Of a stretch of 64,000 bases of DNA, positions 19,380-28,838 are shown piece by piece. The position numbers and the translations under genes are program-made. The notes under the pieces are model-generated. The model made no database searches and was not told the DNA's origin. It saw only the letters and a list, made by a program, of their open reading frames with translations. Source of the stretch: Bacteroidota bacterium (lineage in GTDB: Bacteria; Bacteroidota; Bacteroidia; AKYH767-A; OLB10); NCBI GenBank assembly GCA_046052065.1, contig JBJOND010000001.1, positions 19,194 to 83,193 of the forward strand, given 5' to 3'. Each line of letters begins with the position of its first letter. The first letter of the stretch is position 1.

Positions 19380-21708
19380 ATCGATATATCATCAATTTCG
19401 TTGTGCAACGAAATTGCCCCGTAGTATCAGCTGAATAAACAATGTAGACTCCTGATTTAACCTTCTCCCCTTTTAAATTTCTACCATCCCAAATAGCTTG
19501 GCCTCCCAGCGACGTCCCTTCAAAGACCAATCCTCCACTCACATCAGTAATTTTAATTGTGCCATTTGATATTACTCCTTTAACCGCAATATCGCCATCA
19601 TATCCAACCGTAACAGGATTAGGATAAACAATCAAATCACCACAGTTTTCTTTTTCCCCAGGCACCGCATCACTTTGGTAACTTAATAAACCTTTCTCAG
19701 TACCAATAAACACTTCTCCCGTTACATCATTAATATTTAAAGAGGTAATATTATTTGAAAACAACGGACTATTGTCGGTTGTAAAATGTTTGATTTGATT
19801 TTGTCCATCGGCACTAAGTAAATATAAACCTGAACTTTCGGTGCCCGCCCATTTTCTATTCGCGCCATCAATTGCAATGATTGTTACTACATCGGTAGCC
19901 AATAAATACTGATAAGAATTATCCTGTTTAATCAAGATTTGCTGAGGAGTAATACTTGGAGGATAAAAAATATAAACACCCTGATCTGTTCCTGCCCAAA
20001 TAGTACCGTCTAAATCTTTTTGAATTGTTCGTACTCTATTAGAACCAAAGTCTACAACATCGTATTCATCATCAGTAGTATTATCAATTGTTCGGTTATC
20101 GTTAAATACCAAGATGCCGTCTTTCCCACCTACGTTCTCAAAAAGTGTTAACCACTTATATCCGTTTTGATCGATTATAATATCACCACATTTTGAACTA
20201 CTATTTATACTTCCAGGAAAAGTAAAACCTTTCCACTGGCCATCCGACTTCCTTACATTCAAAACGTTTAAAACGCCTGCATTTGAAACCCATAGGTTAT
20301 TGTTATCATCGTAGACAATACCATGCACTTTCACCTGACCTGGATTTCCTACTTGCTGTGTTAATGAACTATTGCTATTTCGATATAGGGTTACTGCCTG
20401 CCCGTTATTAACCTCTAACAACCCTGGTCCGGAAGCGCCCACAAAAACATGATTGCTGTTGGAAGGGTCTATAGCAATAGAAACATTATCATAAAAATTA
20501 TAGGTGCCAAAAAACGGAGTTTGAGAGGAAAGGCCATCATAGGTTTTCCATTCACCATCTTTAAATGTAGAAAATCCGTTATACCCATACTGATTAGACC
20601 ATGCTCTGTTTTTAGGACCATGTGTCATCCATAACTGACCTCCTTTAAATTCCAAATCATTACTCCCTGAACTGAATGGCCCTTGAGGCATTACAGTGGT
20701 ATATGAACCATTACTTCCTGAAAATAAACCTTTATTGTTGTCACCAACCCAAAAATTTCCGTTACGATCTTTTATCGCTGTTCGAAAGGTAGGATCCCAA
20801 ATTTGGTTTGTTGAAACTACATTATACAAACTCAAATTACTATCAAAAAACAATGCAGAATCATCAGTAACTAAAACTAAATTATTTTGCGCCACTTGTA
20901 TATTCTTTAAAGGTGCTAAATTTTTCATTTCTAACGGTAAAGAATATCCCCAGCTACCATTGTTATACGCTAATAGTGTATCGGACGCTACTTTCGAATA
21001 ATTAAAAAACAACACCTCATTATAGTTTAATGCAAAATTAAAATTACCTTGACTATTGTTATCATTATAAATATTGGTCCAGTTAGCACTGTTAGCCAAT
21101 AGCGGGTTCGACTTGCTCGCTTTATAAATACCATCTTCAGCTGCTGCATACAATGAAGTAGCATCAAATGTTACCTGAAAAACTTCTGATGTACCAGTGG
21201 CTCCCACATAATACGTATCTTTTACTTCTTTACGTTGTAAGTCTAAAACAACAATTCCAAATCCACAACTTACATAAGCATATCTCCCATCAATGCTAAC
21301 TGAATTAATTCGTTTATTCCCTGGAATATCTTTTCGTTTAATATCAGATATGTTTAATACAGAATTATCATCATAAAGCAAATCGATATTGGTAGATGAA
21401 TAGGCAATGACTAATAATTTATAACTATCTGAATAAGCAATATCAGAAATTCCAAAATCGCTTAGCCCATTTAATTTCGATTTTCGTTCAATTGTTTTTT
21501 CCGTTAAATCATAACTATAAAAGCCGTCATCAGTTGCACAATAAATTTTACCATTCCCTTCCAATACTTTCTTTGCATGAATATAAGGCAAGTGCTCTCT
21601 CCAGTTACCTATTTCAAAATTTTGCGCGCTGATCCAAGTTGGATAGCAAAGCATCAAAACAAATATGATGGAGGTTATTATTCTGCTTAAACTTGTTGTT
21701 GTTTGCAT
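19378..21708 (-). CDS. PorZ-like T9SS component/cargo (beta-propeller repeats plus type A CTD)
   Basis: 776 aa with a signal peptide. Repeated propeller-like (Y/F)-rich blades, of the kind annotated as two-component regulator propeller. The C-terminal T9SS sorting domain is VYPNPVT...GVYIVYSADTTG. Confidence 0.5.
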   Translation of the reverse strand: MQTTTSLSRIITSIIFVLMLCYPTWISAQNFEIGNWREHLPYIHAKKVLEGNGKIYCATDDGFYSYDLTEKTIERKSKLNGLSDFGISDIAYSDSYKLLVIAYSSTNIDLLYDDNSVLNISDIKRKDIPGNKRINSVSIDGRYAYVSCGFGIVVLDLQRKEVKDTYYVGATGTSEVFQVTFDATSLYAAAEDGIYKASKSNPLLANSANWTNIYNDNNSQGNFNFALNYNEVLFFNYSKVASDTLLAYNNGSWGYSLPLEMKNLAPLKNIQVAQNNLVLVTDDSALFFDSNLSLYNVVSTNQIWDPTFRTAIKDRNGNFWVGDNNKGLFSGSNGSYTTVMPQGPFSSGSNDLEFKGGQLWMTHGPKNRAWSNQYGYNGFSTFKDGEWKTYDGLSSQTPFFGTYNFYDNVSIAIDPSNSNHVFVGASGPGLLEVNNGQAVTLYRNSNSSLTQQVGNPGQVKVHGIVYDDNNNLWVSNAGVLNVLNVRKSDGQWKGFTFPGSINSSSKCGDIIIDQNGYKWLTLFENVGGKDGILVFNDNRTIDNTTDDEYDVVDFGSNRVRTIQKDLDGTIWAGTDQGVYIFYPPSITPQQILIKQDNSYQYLLATDVVTIIAIDGANRKWAGTESSGLYLLSADGQNQIKHFTTDNSPLFSNNITSLNINDVTGEVFIGTEKGLLSYQSDAVPGEKENCGDLIVYPNPVTVGYDGDIAVKGVISNGTIKITDVSGGLVFEGTSLGGQAIWDGRNLKGEKVKSGVYIVYSADTTGQFRCTTKLMIYR

Positions 21709-21789
21709 AGGCTACTAAATTAAACATATTCTGATTATCATAACATAGCTTTACTTTAGGTTTATCACTGAAAAAAGGAAATAAAAAGT

Positions 21790-21797
21790 TAATTTTG
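21790..21797 (+). promoter_or_regulatory. -7 box TAATTTTG upstream of aspS
   Basis: TAnnTTTG match 28 nt upstream of the aspS ATG. Confidence 0.4.
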
Positions 21798-21824
21798 TAG
21801 CGCAACTATTTAAGCGTTTAAACT

Positions 21825-23564
21825 ATGTTAAGATCACATACCTGCGGAGAATTATCATTAGCCAATCAAGGGATGGAAGTTACATTATGTGGATGGGTTC
21901 AAAAATCAAGAGATTTAGGTGGCCTCACATTTATCGACCTTCGCGACCGCTATGGATTAACACAGCTCGCTTTTAACATGGATGTTAACGCTGATTTGTG
22001 CACTGCAGCTAGGAAGCTAGGAAGAGAATTTGTTATCAAGGCTTCTGGAATTGTTAAAGAACGTGAAAGCAAGAACACCAAAATTCCAACAGGTGAAATT
22101 GAAATTATTGTTTCGTCTTTTGAAGTTCTTAACGAAGCAATTACTCCACCTTTCACTATCGAAGAACAAACAGATGGCGGGGATGATTTAAGAATGAAAT
22201 ATCGCTATCTCGATTTACGTCGCTCAAATGTTAGAGCTAATCTAGAGCTGCGTCATCGAATGGCCATTGAAACAAGAAACTACCTGGATGCGCAGCGATT
22301 TTTAGAAGTAGAAACTCCTGTCTTAATTAAATCGACTCCCGAAGGAGCAAGAGACTTTGTGGTACCATCACGTATGAACCAAGGGCAGTTTTATGCACTT
22401 CCACAATCGCCTCAAACATTTAAGCAATTATTAATGGTAGCAGGATTCGATCGCTACTATCAGATTGTAAAATGCTTCCGCGATGAAGATTTACGAGCAG
22501 ATCGTCAACCAGAGTTTACACAGATTGACTGTGAGATGAGCTTTATTGAAAGAGAAGATATTCTTCAAACCTTTGAAGGCTTAGTGCAACATTTATTTAA
22601 GAAAGTAAAAGGAGTTGACATCGGAACATTACCACGCATGAGTTATGCAGATGCCATTAAGTATTATGGATGCGATAAACCTGACACACGTTTCGAAATG
22701 AAATTTGTGGAGTTAAACAATGTTGTAAAAGGAAAAGATTTTAAAGTGTTTGATGATGCCGAATTAGTAGTTGGTATTAACGCTAAAGGTTGTGCAGAGT
22801 ACACGCGCAAGCAATTGGATGAGCTTACAGATTTCGTAAAGAAGCCACAAATAGGTGCAACAGGATTAGTTTATGCAAGAGTTAATAATGACGGTACAAT
22901 CAAATCGAGCGTAGATAAATTTTATGATGCTGAGTCCCTGCAACAATGGGCTACAACTATGAACGCTGTTGCTGGTGATTTGATTCTCATTTTAGCAGGA
23001 CCAGCAAACAAGACACGCAAGGCGATGAATGAACTCCGATTAGAAATGGGTACACGATTAGGATTAAGAGATAAAAATACATTCAGTTGCTTATGGGTTG
23101 TCGACTTCCCTTTACTTGAGTATAATGAAGAAGTCAATCGTTATTTTGCAATGCATCACCCATTCACATCTCCACTTCCTGAAGATATGCCACTGCTGGA
23201 TTCCGATCCGGGCCAAGTGCGTGCCAACGCTTATGATATGGTAATTAACGGAGTTGAAGTTGGTGGTGGTTCAATAAGAATTTATAATAAAGCATTACAA
23301 GCTCAAATGTTCTCTTTATTAGGTTTTACGAAAGAAGAGGCACAAGAACAATTTGGATTTTTAATGAACGCATTCGAATTTGGTGCTCCTCCACACGGTG
23401 GAATTGCATTCGGATTCGATAGAATATGTTCTTTATTTGGCGGATCAGAAAGCATTAGAGATTTTATTGCATTCCCTAAAAATAATAGCGGACGTGATGT
23501 AATGATTGATGCACCATCAGTCATTCACGATGAACAATTAAAAGAATTGGGAATAAAAATTTAG
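21825..23564 (+). CDS. aspS: aspartate--tRNA ligase
   Basis: 579 aa. N-terminal OB anticodon-binding domain and class II motifs ([25 protein letters not shown]). Full-length AspRS. Confidence 0.95.
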   Translation: MLRSHTCGELSLANQGMEVTLCGWVQKSRDLGGLTFIDLRDRYGLTQLAFNMDVNADLCTAARKLGREFVIKASGIVKERESKNTKIPTGEIEIIVSSFEVLNEAITPPFTIEEQTDGGDDLRMKYRYLDLRRSNVRANLELRHRMAIETRNYLDAQRFLEVETPVLIKSTPEGARDFVVPSRMNQGQFYALPQSPQTFKQLLMVAGFDRYYQIVKCFRDEDLRADRQPEFTQIDCEMSFIEREDILQTFEGLVQHLFKKVKGVDIGTLPRMSYADAIKYYGCDKPDTRFEMKFVELNNVVKGKDFKVFDDAELVVGINAKGCAEYTRKQLDELTDFVKKPQIGATGLVYARVNNDGTIKSSVDKFYDAESLQQWATTMNAVAGDLILILAGPANKTRKAMNELRLEMGTRLGLRDKNTFSCLWVVDFPLLEYNEEVNRYFAMHHPFTSPLPEDMPLLDSDPGQVRANAYDMVINGVEVGGGSIRIYNKALQAQMFSLLGFTKEEAQEQFGFLMNAFEFGAPPHGGIAFGFDRICSLFGGSESIRDFIAFPKNNSGRDVMIDAPSVIHDEQLKELGIKI

Positions 23565-23569
23565 ATATA

Positions 23570-23605
23570 AAAAAAGCGACAAGAAAATGTCGCTTTTTTA
23601 TTTTA
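23570..23605. terminator. bidirectional rho-independent terminator
   Basis: A-run, stem AGCGACA / TGTCGCT, then a T-run. Lies between the convergent aspS and a small T9SS gene. Confidence 0.6.
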
Positions 23606-23950
23606 TTTGATGGTGATTCTTCGTGATACTAAACCATTATCAGTTTGTATTTTAAGGAAGTAATATCCTGCTTTTTTATCTTCGAGATTGATTGTGTATA
23701 CCTTTCCATTAGCATGCTCAGCTTCAATTTCTGCCACTTTATTTCCTAATAAGTCGAATACAGCAACTACGGGACTTTCATTTTGTGATTCAGATAATTT
23801 AATATTGATTATTCCGTTAGATGGTTGTGGATAGATTGAAATCTCACTAATTGTATTGCTAATTCTTGAATTATCGTCTGTTTGACCAAAAGTGCTGATT
23901 GAAAAAACACAAAAGAAGAGAAGGATTGGGAAGTAGAACTTTGCTTTCAT
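23603..23950 (-). CDS. small secreted protein consisting essentially of a T9SS type A CTD
   Basis: 115 aa with a signal peptide. The rest resembles a Por secretion tail (ISIYPQPSNG...YFLKIQTDNG). Confidence 0.5.
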   Translation of the reverse strand: MKAKFYFPILLFFCVFSISTFGQTDDNSRISNTISEISIYPQPSNGIINIKLSESQNESPVVAVFDLLGNKVAEIEAEHANGKVYTINLEDKKAGYYFLKIQTDNGLVSRRITIK

Positions 23951-23994
23951 AAGTATTATTTTTTGATACTATTTAAATAACAATAACCTTGCCG

Positions 23995-24558
23995 TTATTT
24001 GTTATTATAGGTATTCATCGTAAGTGCAAGTCCCGCACTCACAAAACTCTTAATCATTTCTACCGCTGTTTCTACTCGAGGAGCAAGGTCTATGCTCTCT
24101 GTGGTTGTCCAATGCCCGAGCACATAATCCACCTGCTTACCTTTTGGATAATTATTCCCAATTCCAAATCGTAAGCGGGCAAATTGTTCCGTCTGCAAGC
24201 ATTCAATAATATTGGTTAATCCATTATGACCAGCTGCACCACCAGAAGGCTTCATTCTTAAAGTCCCGAAAGGTAGGGCAAGGTCATCGGTAACAACTAA
24301 GAGGTTTTCCTTTGGAATCTTTAGCTCTTGCAGCCAGTATCTGATTGCTTCACCACTTAGATTCATATAGGTTGTAGGTTTAATAATGGACACTTGTCGC
24401 CCTTTAAGTTTACCCTCAGCGATCCACACCTTTTTACCTGATGAAAAATCGGTATCTAATGATTTTGCTAAAGCATCGGCCACATCAAATCCAATATTAT
24501 GTCGTGTATGGACATAATCAGGTCCTATATTTCCTAATCCTGCAATTAAATATTTCAT
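23995..24558 (-). CDS. pth: peptidyl-tRNA hydrolase
   Basis: Canonical N-terminus MKYLIAGLGNIGPDYVHTRHNIGF at the internal ATG. The track start at 24597 is an extension. Confidence 0.9.
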   Translation of the reverse strand: MKYLIAGLGNIGPDYVHTRHNIGFDVADALAKSLDTDFSSGKKVWIAEGKLKGRQVSIIKPTTYMNLSGEAIRYWLQELKIPKENLLVVTDDLALPFGTLRMKPSGGAAGHNGLTNIIECLQTEQFARLRFGIGNNYPKGKQVDYVLGHWTTTESIDLAPRVETAVEMIKSFVSAGLALTMNTYNNK

Positions 24559-24625
24559 GATTGAGTAAAAATACGAATAGAGGAGCGCTTTGGGCACCCC
24601 TCTATTGCTATATTATGAAGCTATA

Positions 24626-25204
24626 TTATTTTTTAGATGCTTCAGCTGCTTCAGCAGAAACATTACGAGTCATGTTTACGCTTACAATTACGTTAGCTGG
24701 CGACTCTAATAAAGTTAAATCTGATAAATTCAAATCGCGTACACGAATAGCATCACCGATTTTCATTGGAGAAATATCCACTGAAATAAAATCAGGCAAG
24801 TTAGCTGGTAAAGCTTTCACCTTTAAACGGCGGTACTTAGTTACCAATTTACCTCCCATCTTTACACCTTCAGAAGCTCCAGTTAATTTCACAGGAATGC
24901 TCATTGTTACAGGCTTATTATCAAACACCTGAAGGAAATCAGCATGAATGATAACATCCGTTACAGGATGATATTGAACATCCTGAATAACACATTGGTA
25001 CTCTTTTCCATCAACTGATAATTTCACCATGTGAACATCAGGAGTGTAAACAAGTCCTTTGAAAGATGATAAATCAGTAGAGAAATGAACTTGTTCTTCT
25101 CCACCATAAAGTACGCATGGAACCATTTCGCTACCACGAAGATTTTTTACCTCTTGCTTAGAGATGTTCGTGCGCTTTGCTCCATTAATTTCAATCGTTT
25201 TCAT
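24626..25204 (-). CDS. rplY: 50S ribosomal protein L25/general stress protein Ctc
   Basis: 192 aa. L25/Ctc N-terminal domain plus a C-terminal extension. The conserved order pth-rplY-prs supports the call. Confidence 0.85.
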   Translation of the reverse strand: MKTIEINGAKRTNISKQEVKNLRGSEMVPCVLYGGEEQVHFSTDLSSFKGLVYTPDVHMVKLSVDGKEYQCVIQDVQYHPVTDVIIHADFLQVFDNKPVTMSIPVKLTGASEGVKMGGKLVTKYRRLKVKALPANLPDFISVDISPMKIGDAIRVRDLNLSDLTLLESPANVIVSVNMTRNVSAEAAEASKK

Positions 25205-25215
25205 TTGGGTAATAA

Positions 25216-26151
25216 TTATTCTTTTACAAATAGTGAACTTATAGACTCATATGCATACACCCTCTGAATTGCTTTTGCAAACAATGCTGATGTAGATAAT
25301 TGTTTAATTTTTGTTGATTCTTTCCTAAGTGGGATTGTATCACAAACCACCAACTCAGTAAGATGTGAATTTTCTACTCTTTCATAAGCTGCGCCACTAA
25401 GAACTGGATGTGTGCAGAAAGCACGAACAGATGCTGCACCTGAATCTATTAATAACCCAGCTGCCTTAGTTAAAGTTCCCGCTGTATCAATAATATCATC
25501 AACTAATATTACATCTCTTCCTCTTACATCTCCAATAACGGTCATACTTTCAATCTCATTTGCTCTTTTACGATGCTTATCAATAATAGCCATATCGGCA
25601 TTAAAATAAGAAGCATATGTACGAGCGCGGTGAACACCTCCCATATCAGGAGCACAGATAAGCATATTTGGCAAATCTAAACTCTTGATGTAAGGAACGA
25701 AGATGGCTGAAGCATCCATATGATCAACAGGGACATCAAAAAATCCTTGAATCTGAGGAGCATGTAAATCCATTGTCATGATTCGGGTAACTCCAGCAGC
25801 CGTAAGTAGATTAGCAACTAATTTTGAGGCAATTGCAACCCTGGGCTTATCCTTACGATCGCTTCTTGCGAATCCGAAATAAGGAATAACTGCTGTAATA
25901 TAATGCGCCGATGCTCTTTTAGCAGCATCGATTAATAACAATAATTCAAATAAATTATCCGTAGGCGAAAAAGTACTTTGAATAATAAACACGTCACATC
26001 CACGAACACTCTCATCGAATGAAGGTGAAAACTCTCCATCGCTAAATCTAACTACCTGCAAATCACCAAGGTCAGCACCATAATGACTCGCGATTTGTTC
26101 TGCAAGGTACTTCGATGCTGTACCACCAAATATTTTAACTTGACGTGCCAT
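25216..26151 (-). CDS. prs: ribose-phosphate pyrophosphokinase
   Basis: 311 aa. PRPP synthetase motifs (DLHAPQIQGFFD, VDDIIDTAGT). Confidence 0.95.
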   Translation of the reverse strand: MARQVKIFGGTASKYLAEQIASHYGADLGDLQVVRFSDGEFSPSFDESVRGCDVFIIQSTFSPTDNLFELLLLIDAAKRASAHYITAVIPYFGFARSDRKDKPRVAIASKLVANLLTAAGVTRIMTMDLHAPQIQGFFDVPVDHMDASAIFVPYIKSLDLPNMLICAPDMGGVHRARTYASYFNADMAIIDKHRKRANEIESMTVIGDVRGRDVILVDDIIDTAGTLTKAAGLLIDSGAASVRAFCTHPVLSGAAYERVENSHLTELVVCDTIPLRKESTKIKQLSTSALFAKAIQRVYAYESISSLFVKE

Positions 26152-26524
26152 AAGTTGATTTGGGCTTGTTTTTTAGGGATGCAAAGAAAAGAAAAATATA
26201 GCTTAAGTCAAAGAGAATTCACAATCAATTGTTAAAATCCTGGAAGAAAATTTAAAAATTGGTTTATACTTGTTTAGTACTTGATTTCAAATGGTTAACT
26301 ATTAATAATTAAAAACATTTGGTTAGGCATAGGGATTTCCCTAATTTAGCCATCCCAAAACAATTAGAAGATAAAGTTTAATTGGTTGTCAACATGTTAG
26401 CCAACCCTCTGAATGGTTAACAATTGACAAGGTCGTAAAAGTGAGAGAGTTTTTTTTGTTACAAAACACGAACAATGAGCGCGACACCAAATTAAATGAT
26501 GTTGAGAGGATGAAATAACAAACT

Positions 26525-26608
26525 GCCCGGGTGGCGGAATTGGTAGACGCGCTGGTCTCAAACACCAGTGATAGCAATATCATATCGGTTCGACCCCGAT
26601 CCCGGGTA
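26525..26608 (+). tRNA. tRNA-Leu (anticodon CAA)
   Basis: Acceptor GCCCGGG/CCCGGGT. Anticodon stem CTGGT/ACCAG with loop CTCAAAC. Long class II variable arm and T-loop TTCGACC. 3' CCA not encoded. Confidence 0.85.
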
Positions 26609-26772
26609 CGTAGTTTTTATTCCTTCAACGAATCCTTAATTTTTCACGTCAAAGACTTTTAAAAAATGGCATGAAACTGTCATTTTCTTAATGTGAAAAT
26701 TTATTGATTACCTGTGCGTTTGCGTTTTGTAAAAACCGATTGAGATTAGCGACTATAGATTAGCGAACACTT

Positions 26773-27789
26773 ATGAAACTACTAAAAACCTCCGTTCCTT
26801 TATGGCTTGTTATAATTATTGTCGCAGGACTTGGTTCAACATCAATCTTTTCAATACTTGCATTTAAAAGTCGTAGCACAGAGCCAATAAGCACCAATTC
26901 ACCTAGTAATAATTGTGGAATTATTCATTATAATTCTAGCAGGCACGGCGCTTTTACACGTCCTTTAATCATGGCCGACAGTCCTAATGAAAGTGTTGAG
27001 CTATTCGACTTAAAAAGTAATTTTACTGAAGCCATCAATGCCGCAAGTGCATCCGGAAGTGTTAGTTCTGCTTCTGTTTATTTTCGTGATTTAAACACAG
27101 GAAAATGGATTTCGATTAATGGAAACGAACAGTATTCTATGGCGAGCATTATGAAGTTAGTGGCCATGATGTACCATTTACGTGTAGATGAAGTTAAGCC
27201 TGGCTGGTTAAATCAAAAAATCCTGGTTCAGAAAAGTCTCATAGTTGATAACATTCAAACGCAAGAAGGCCCTGAATTAGTCTTAGGAAAAGCCTACACC
27301 ATAAAAGAACTAATCATTTACATGATTAAATACTCTAACAACAATGCAACAGCACACTTAAACTCTTTCATTGACTTTAACGATTACAAACTTTTCTTTT
27401 CTGATATCGGACTTCCATTACCTGACCCTAAAGCAACCGACTACACACTAACAAGTGGTCAATGCAGTCGTTTTTTACAAGAACTTTATAATTCTTCTGT
27501 ATTAACTAATGAAAATTCCGAATTTGCTTTATCGCTACTAACTGAATCTGTATACCGAGGAGGATTATTAAGAAATATTACTGATAAGGATATTAAAGTA
27601 GCCCATAAATTTGGAGAACGTTTTTATCCTAACTCCTGTCAAATACACGAAACTGCTATTTTCTATACAAATGACAATCCTTTTCTCATTACTGTTTTAA
27701 CCAATGGAAAAGACACAGCACAAGAAGCTGCTTTAATTGGAAAAATTGGAAGTATTGCTGCCGATTACGCTAAAAACAAGTTGAACTAA
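26773..27789 (+). CDS. class A beta-lactamase-related serine hydrolase (degenerate motifs), N-terminally membrane-anchored
   Basis: SxxK as SIMK. SDN is replaced by SNN, and KTG by KFG. N-terminal TM helix. Flanked by tRNA-Leu and tRNA-Arg. Confidence 0.55.
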   Translation: MKLLKTSVPLWLVIIIVAGLGSTSIFSILAFKSRSTEPISTNSPSNNCGIIHYNSSRHGAFTRPLIMADSPNESVELFDLKSNFTEAINAASASGSVSSASVYFRDLNTGKWISINGNEQYSMASIMKLVAMMYHLRVDEVKPGWLNQKILVQKSLIVDNIQTQEGPELVLGKAYTIKELIIYMIKYSNNNATAHLNSFIDFNDYKLFFSDIGLPLPDPKATDYTLTSGQCSRFLQELYNSSVLTNENSEFALSLLTESVYRGGLLRNITDKDIKVAHKFGERFYPNSCQIHETAIFYTNDNPFLITVLTNGKDTAQEAALIGKIGSIAADYAKNKLN

Positions 27790-27865
27790 GTAAGCATTCC
27801 TGTTTTTAAAATTTTACTTTTGCACTGCATGTAGGAAACTGCATTGCTTTAATTTTAAAATTTTA

Positions 27866-27927
27866 CTGCACCCGTAGTTTGCTTCGACGAAAGCTCAGCA
27901 CGGCGTAATTGGATAAAATGGCAGAAA
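27866..27927 (+). pseudogene. tRNA-Arg 5' fragment (pseudo-tRNA remnant)
   Basis: GCACCCGTAGTT is identical to the first 12 nt of the downstream tRNA-Arg. A 27-nt insertion follows, then AATTGGATAAAATGGCAGA (one mismatch to the D-arm and anticodon-stem start), then divergence. A more degenerate copy (GCACTGCATGTAGG) lies at about 27823. Confidence 0.5.
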
Positions 27928-27949
27928 TTAAATAGTAAATAAAAGCACT

Positions 27950-28026
27950 GCACCCGTAGTTCAATTGGATAGAATGGCAGATTCCGGTTCTGTTGGTTGT
28001 GGGTTCGAATCCCGCCGGGTGCACCA
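27950..28026 (+). tRNA. tRNA-Arg (anticodon CCG), CCA encoded
   Basis: Acceptor GCACCCG/CGGGTGC. Anticodon stem GCAGA/TCTGT with loop TTCCGGT. T-arm GTGGG TTCGAAT CCCGC, followed by A and CCA. Confidence 0.85.
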
Positions 28027-28476
28027 GTAAGCAAAAAATCAAAAAGACGAAGTCAAGAAATAAAGCTGTTGCGAATTATGCTTGCATAAATGAGCATAAA
28101 GTTTTGTTTCGCGCAGACTGAAAGGATGCTCTTGATTTTTTATTTCCCACTTGGCTAGGTGGGAAGAACGCAGTTAATCCCGCCGGGTGCACCAGTAAGC
28201 AAAAAATCAAAAAGACGAAGTCAAGAAATAAAGCTGTTGCGAATTATGCTTGCATAAATGAGCATAAAGTTTTGTTTCGCGCTGACTGAAAGGATGCTTT
28301 TGATTTTTTATTTCCCACTTGGCTAGGTGGGAAGAACCGAGTTAATCTCGCCGGGTGCACTAGTAAGCAAAAAATTAAAAAGGCGAAGTCAAGAAAAAAT
28401 GCTTGTGCGAACTAAGCTCGCATAAATAAGCATAAAGATTTGTTTCTTGCAGACTGAAAGGATGCTTTTAATTTTT
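28011..28476 (+). repeat. three tandem 168-bp direct repeats, each beginning with a 19-nt copy of the tRNA-Arg 3' end
   Basis: Unit starts at about 28011, 28179 and 28347. Units 1 and 2 are near-identical, and unit 3 is roughly 85% identical and truncated. The core is AATCCCGCCGGGTGCACCA (unit 3 has AATCTCGCCGGGTGCACTA). Each unit holds the hairpins TATGCT..AGCATA and CCCAC..GTGGG. Confidence 0.8.
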
Positions 28477-28721
28477 TACTTCTTAATCAAATAAGAGTCG
28501 ATCCATATTGAGTCGGACTCTAAAGAATACTTTTTATAATTGGCTGTTTTCTTAAATCTCCTCATTGCTTCTAAAGTATCTTGATGCATCATTTTAATTG
28601 ATTCCACGCTTACGACTGTATAATCCTCAATGGTTTTAGAATAGTGAATTACAAATTCATATTTTGGAGACTTACATGAAATAAAAACACAACAAAAGAT
28701 AAACAATGTTAATTTTCTCAT
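28476..28721 (-). CDS. small hypothetical lipoprotein
   Basis: 81 aa. Lipobox FISCKSP after a signal peptide. Confidence 0.4.
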   Translation of the reverse strand: MRKLTLFIFCCVFISCKSPKYEFVIHYSKTIEDYTVVSVESIKMMHQDTLEAMRRFKKTANYKKYSLESDSIWIDSYLIKK

Positions 28722-28838
28722 ATTACTTTTAACAAATAACAGCGTTTAAAAGTATCAAAAAAAACAATCTGCGTATTATAAGATTGAAAAGCACCGATAG
28801 AATTATTTTCTACTTTAGAACATTAATAATTATTATTT

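Noticed and set aside
21614-21805. 63-aa ORF in the PorZ-like/aspS divergent promoter region
   Set aside because: Overlaps the start of the PorZ-like gene and the aspS promoter. Low-complexity.
26389-26583. 64-aa minus-strand ORF
   Set aside because: Overlaps the tRNA-Leu gene and its leader, and has low-complexity translation.
28011-28476. Tandem repeats downstream of tRNA-Arg considered as a CRISPR array
   Set aside because: The repeated unit is 168 bp and the whole unit repeats. There are no short repeats separated by unique spacers. No cas genes are nearby.
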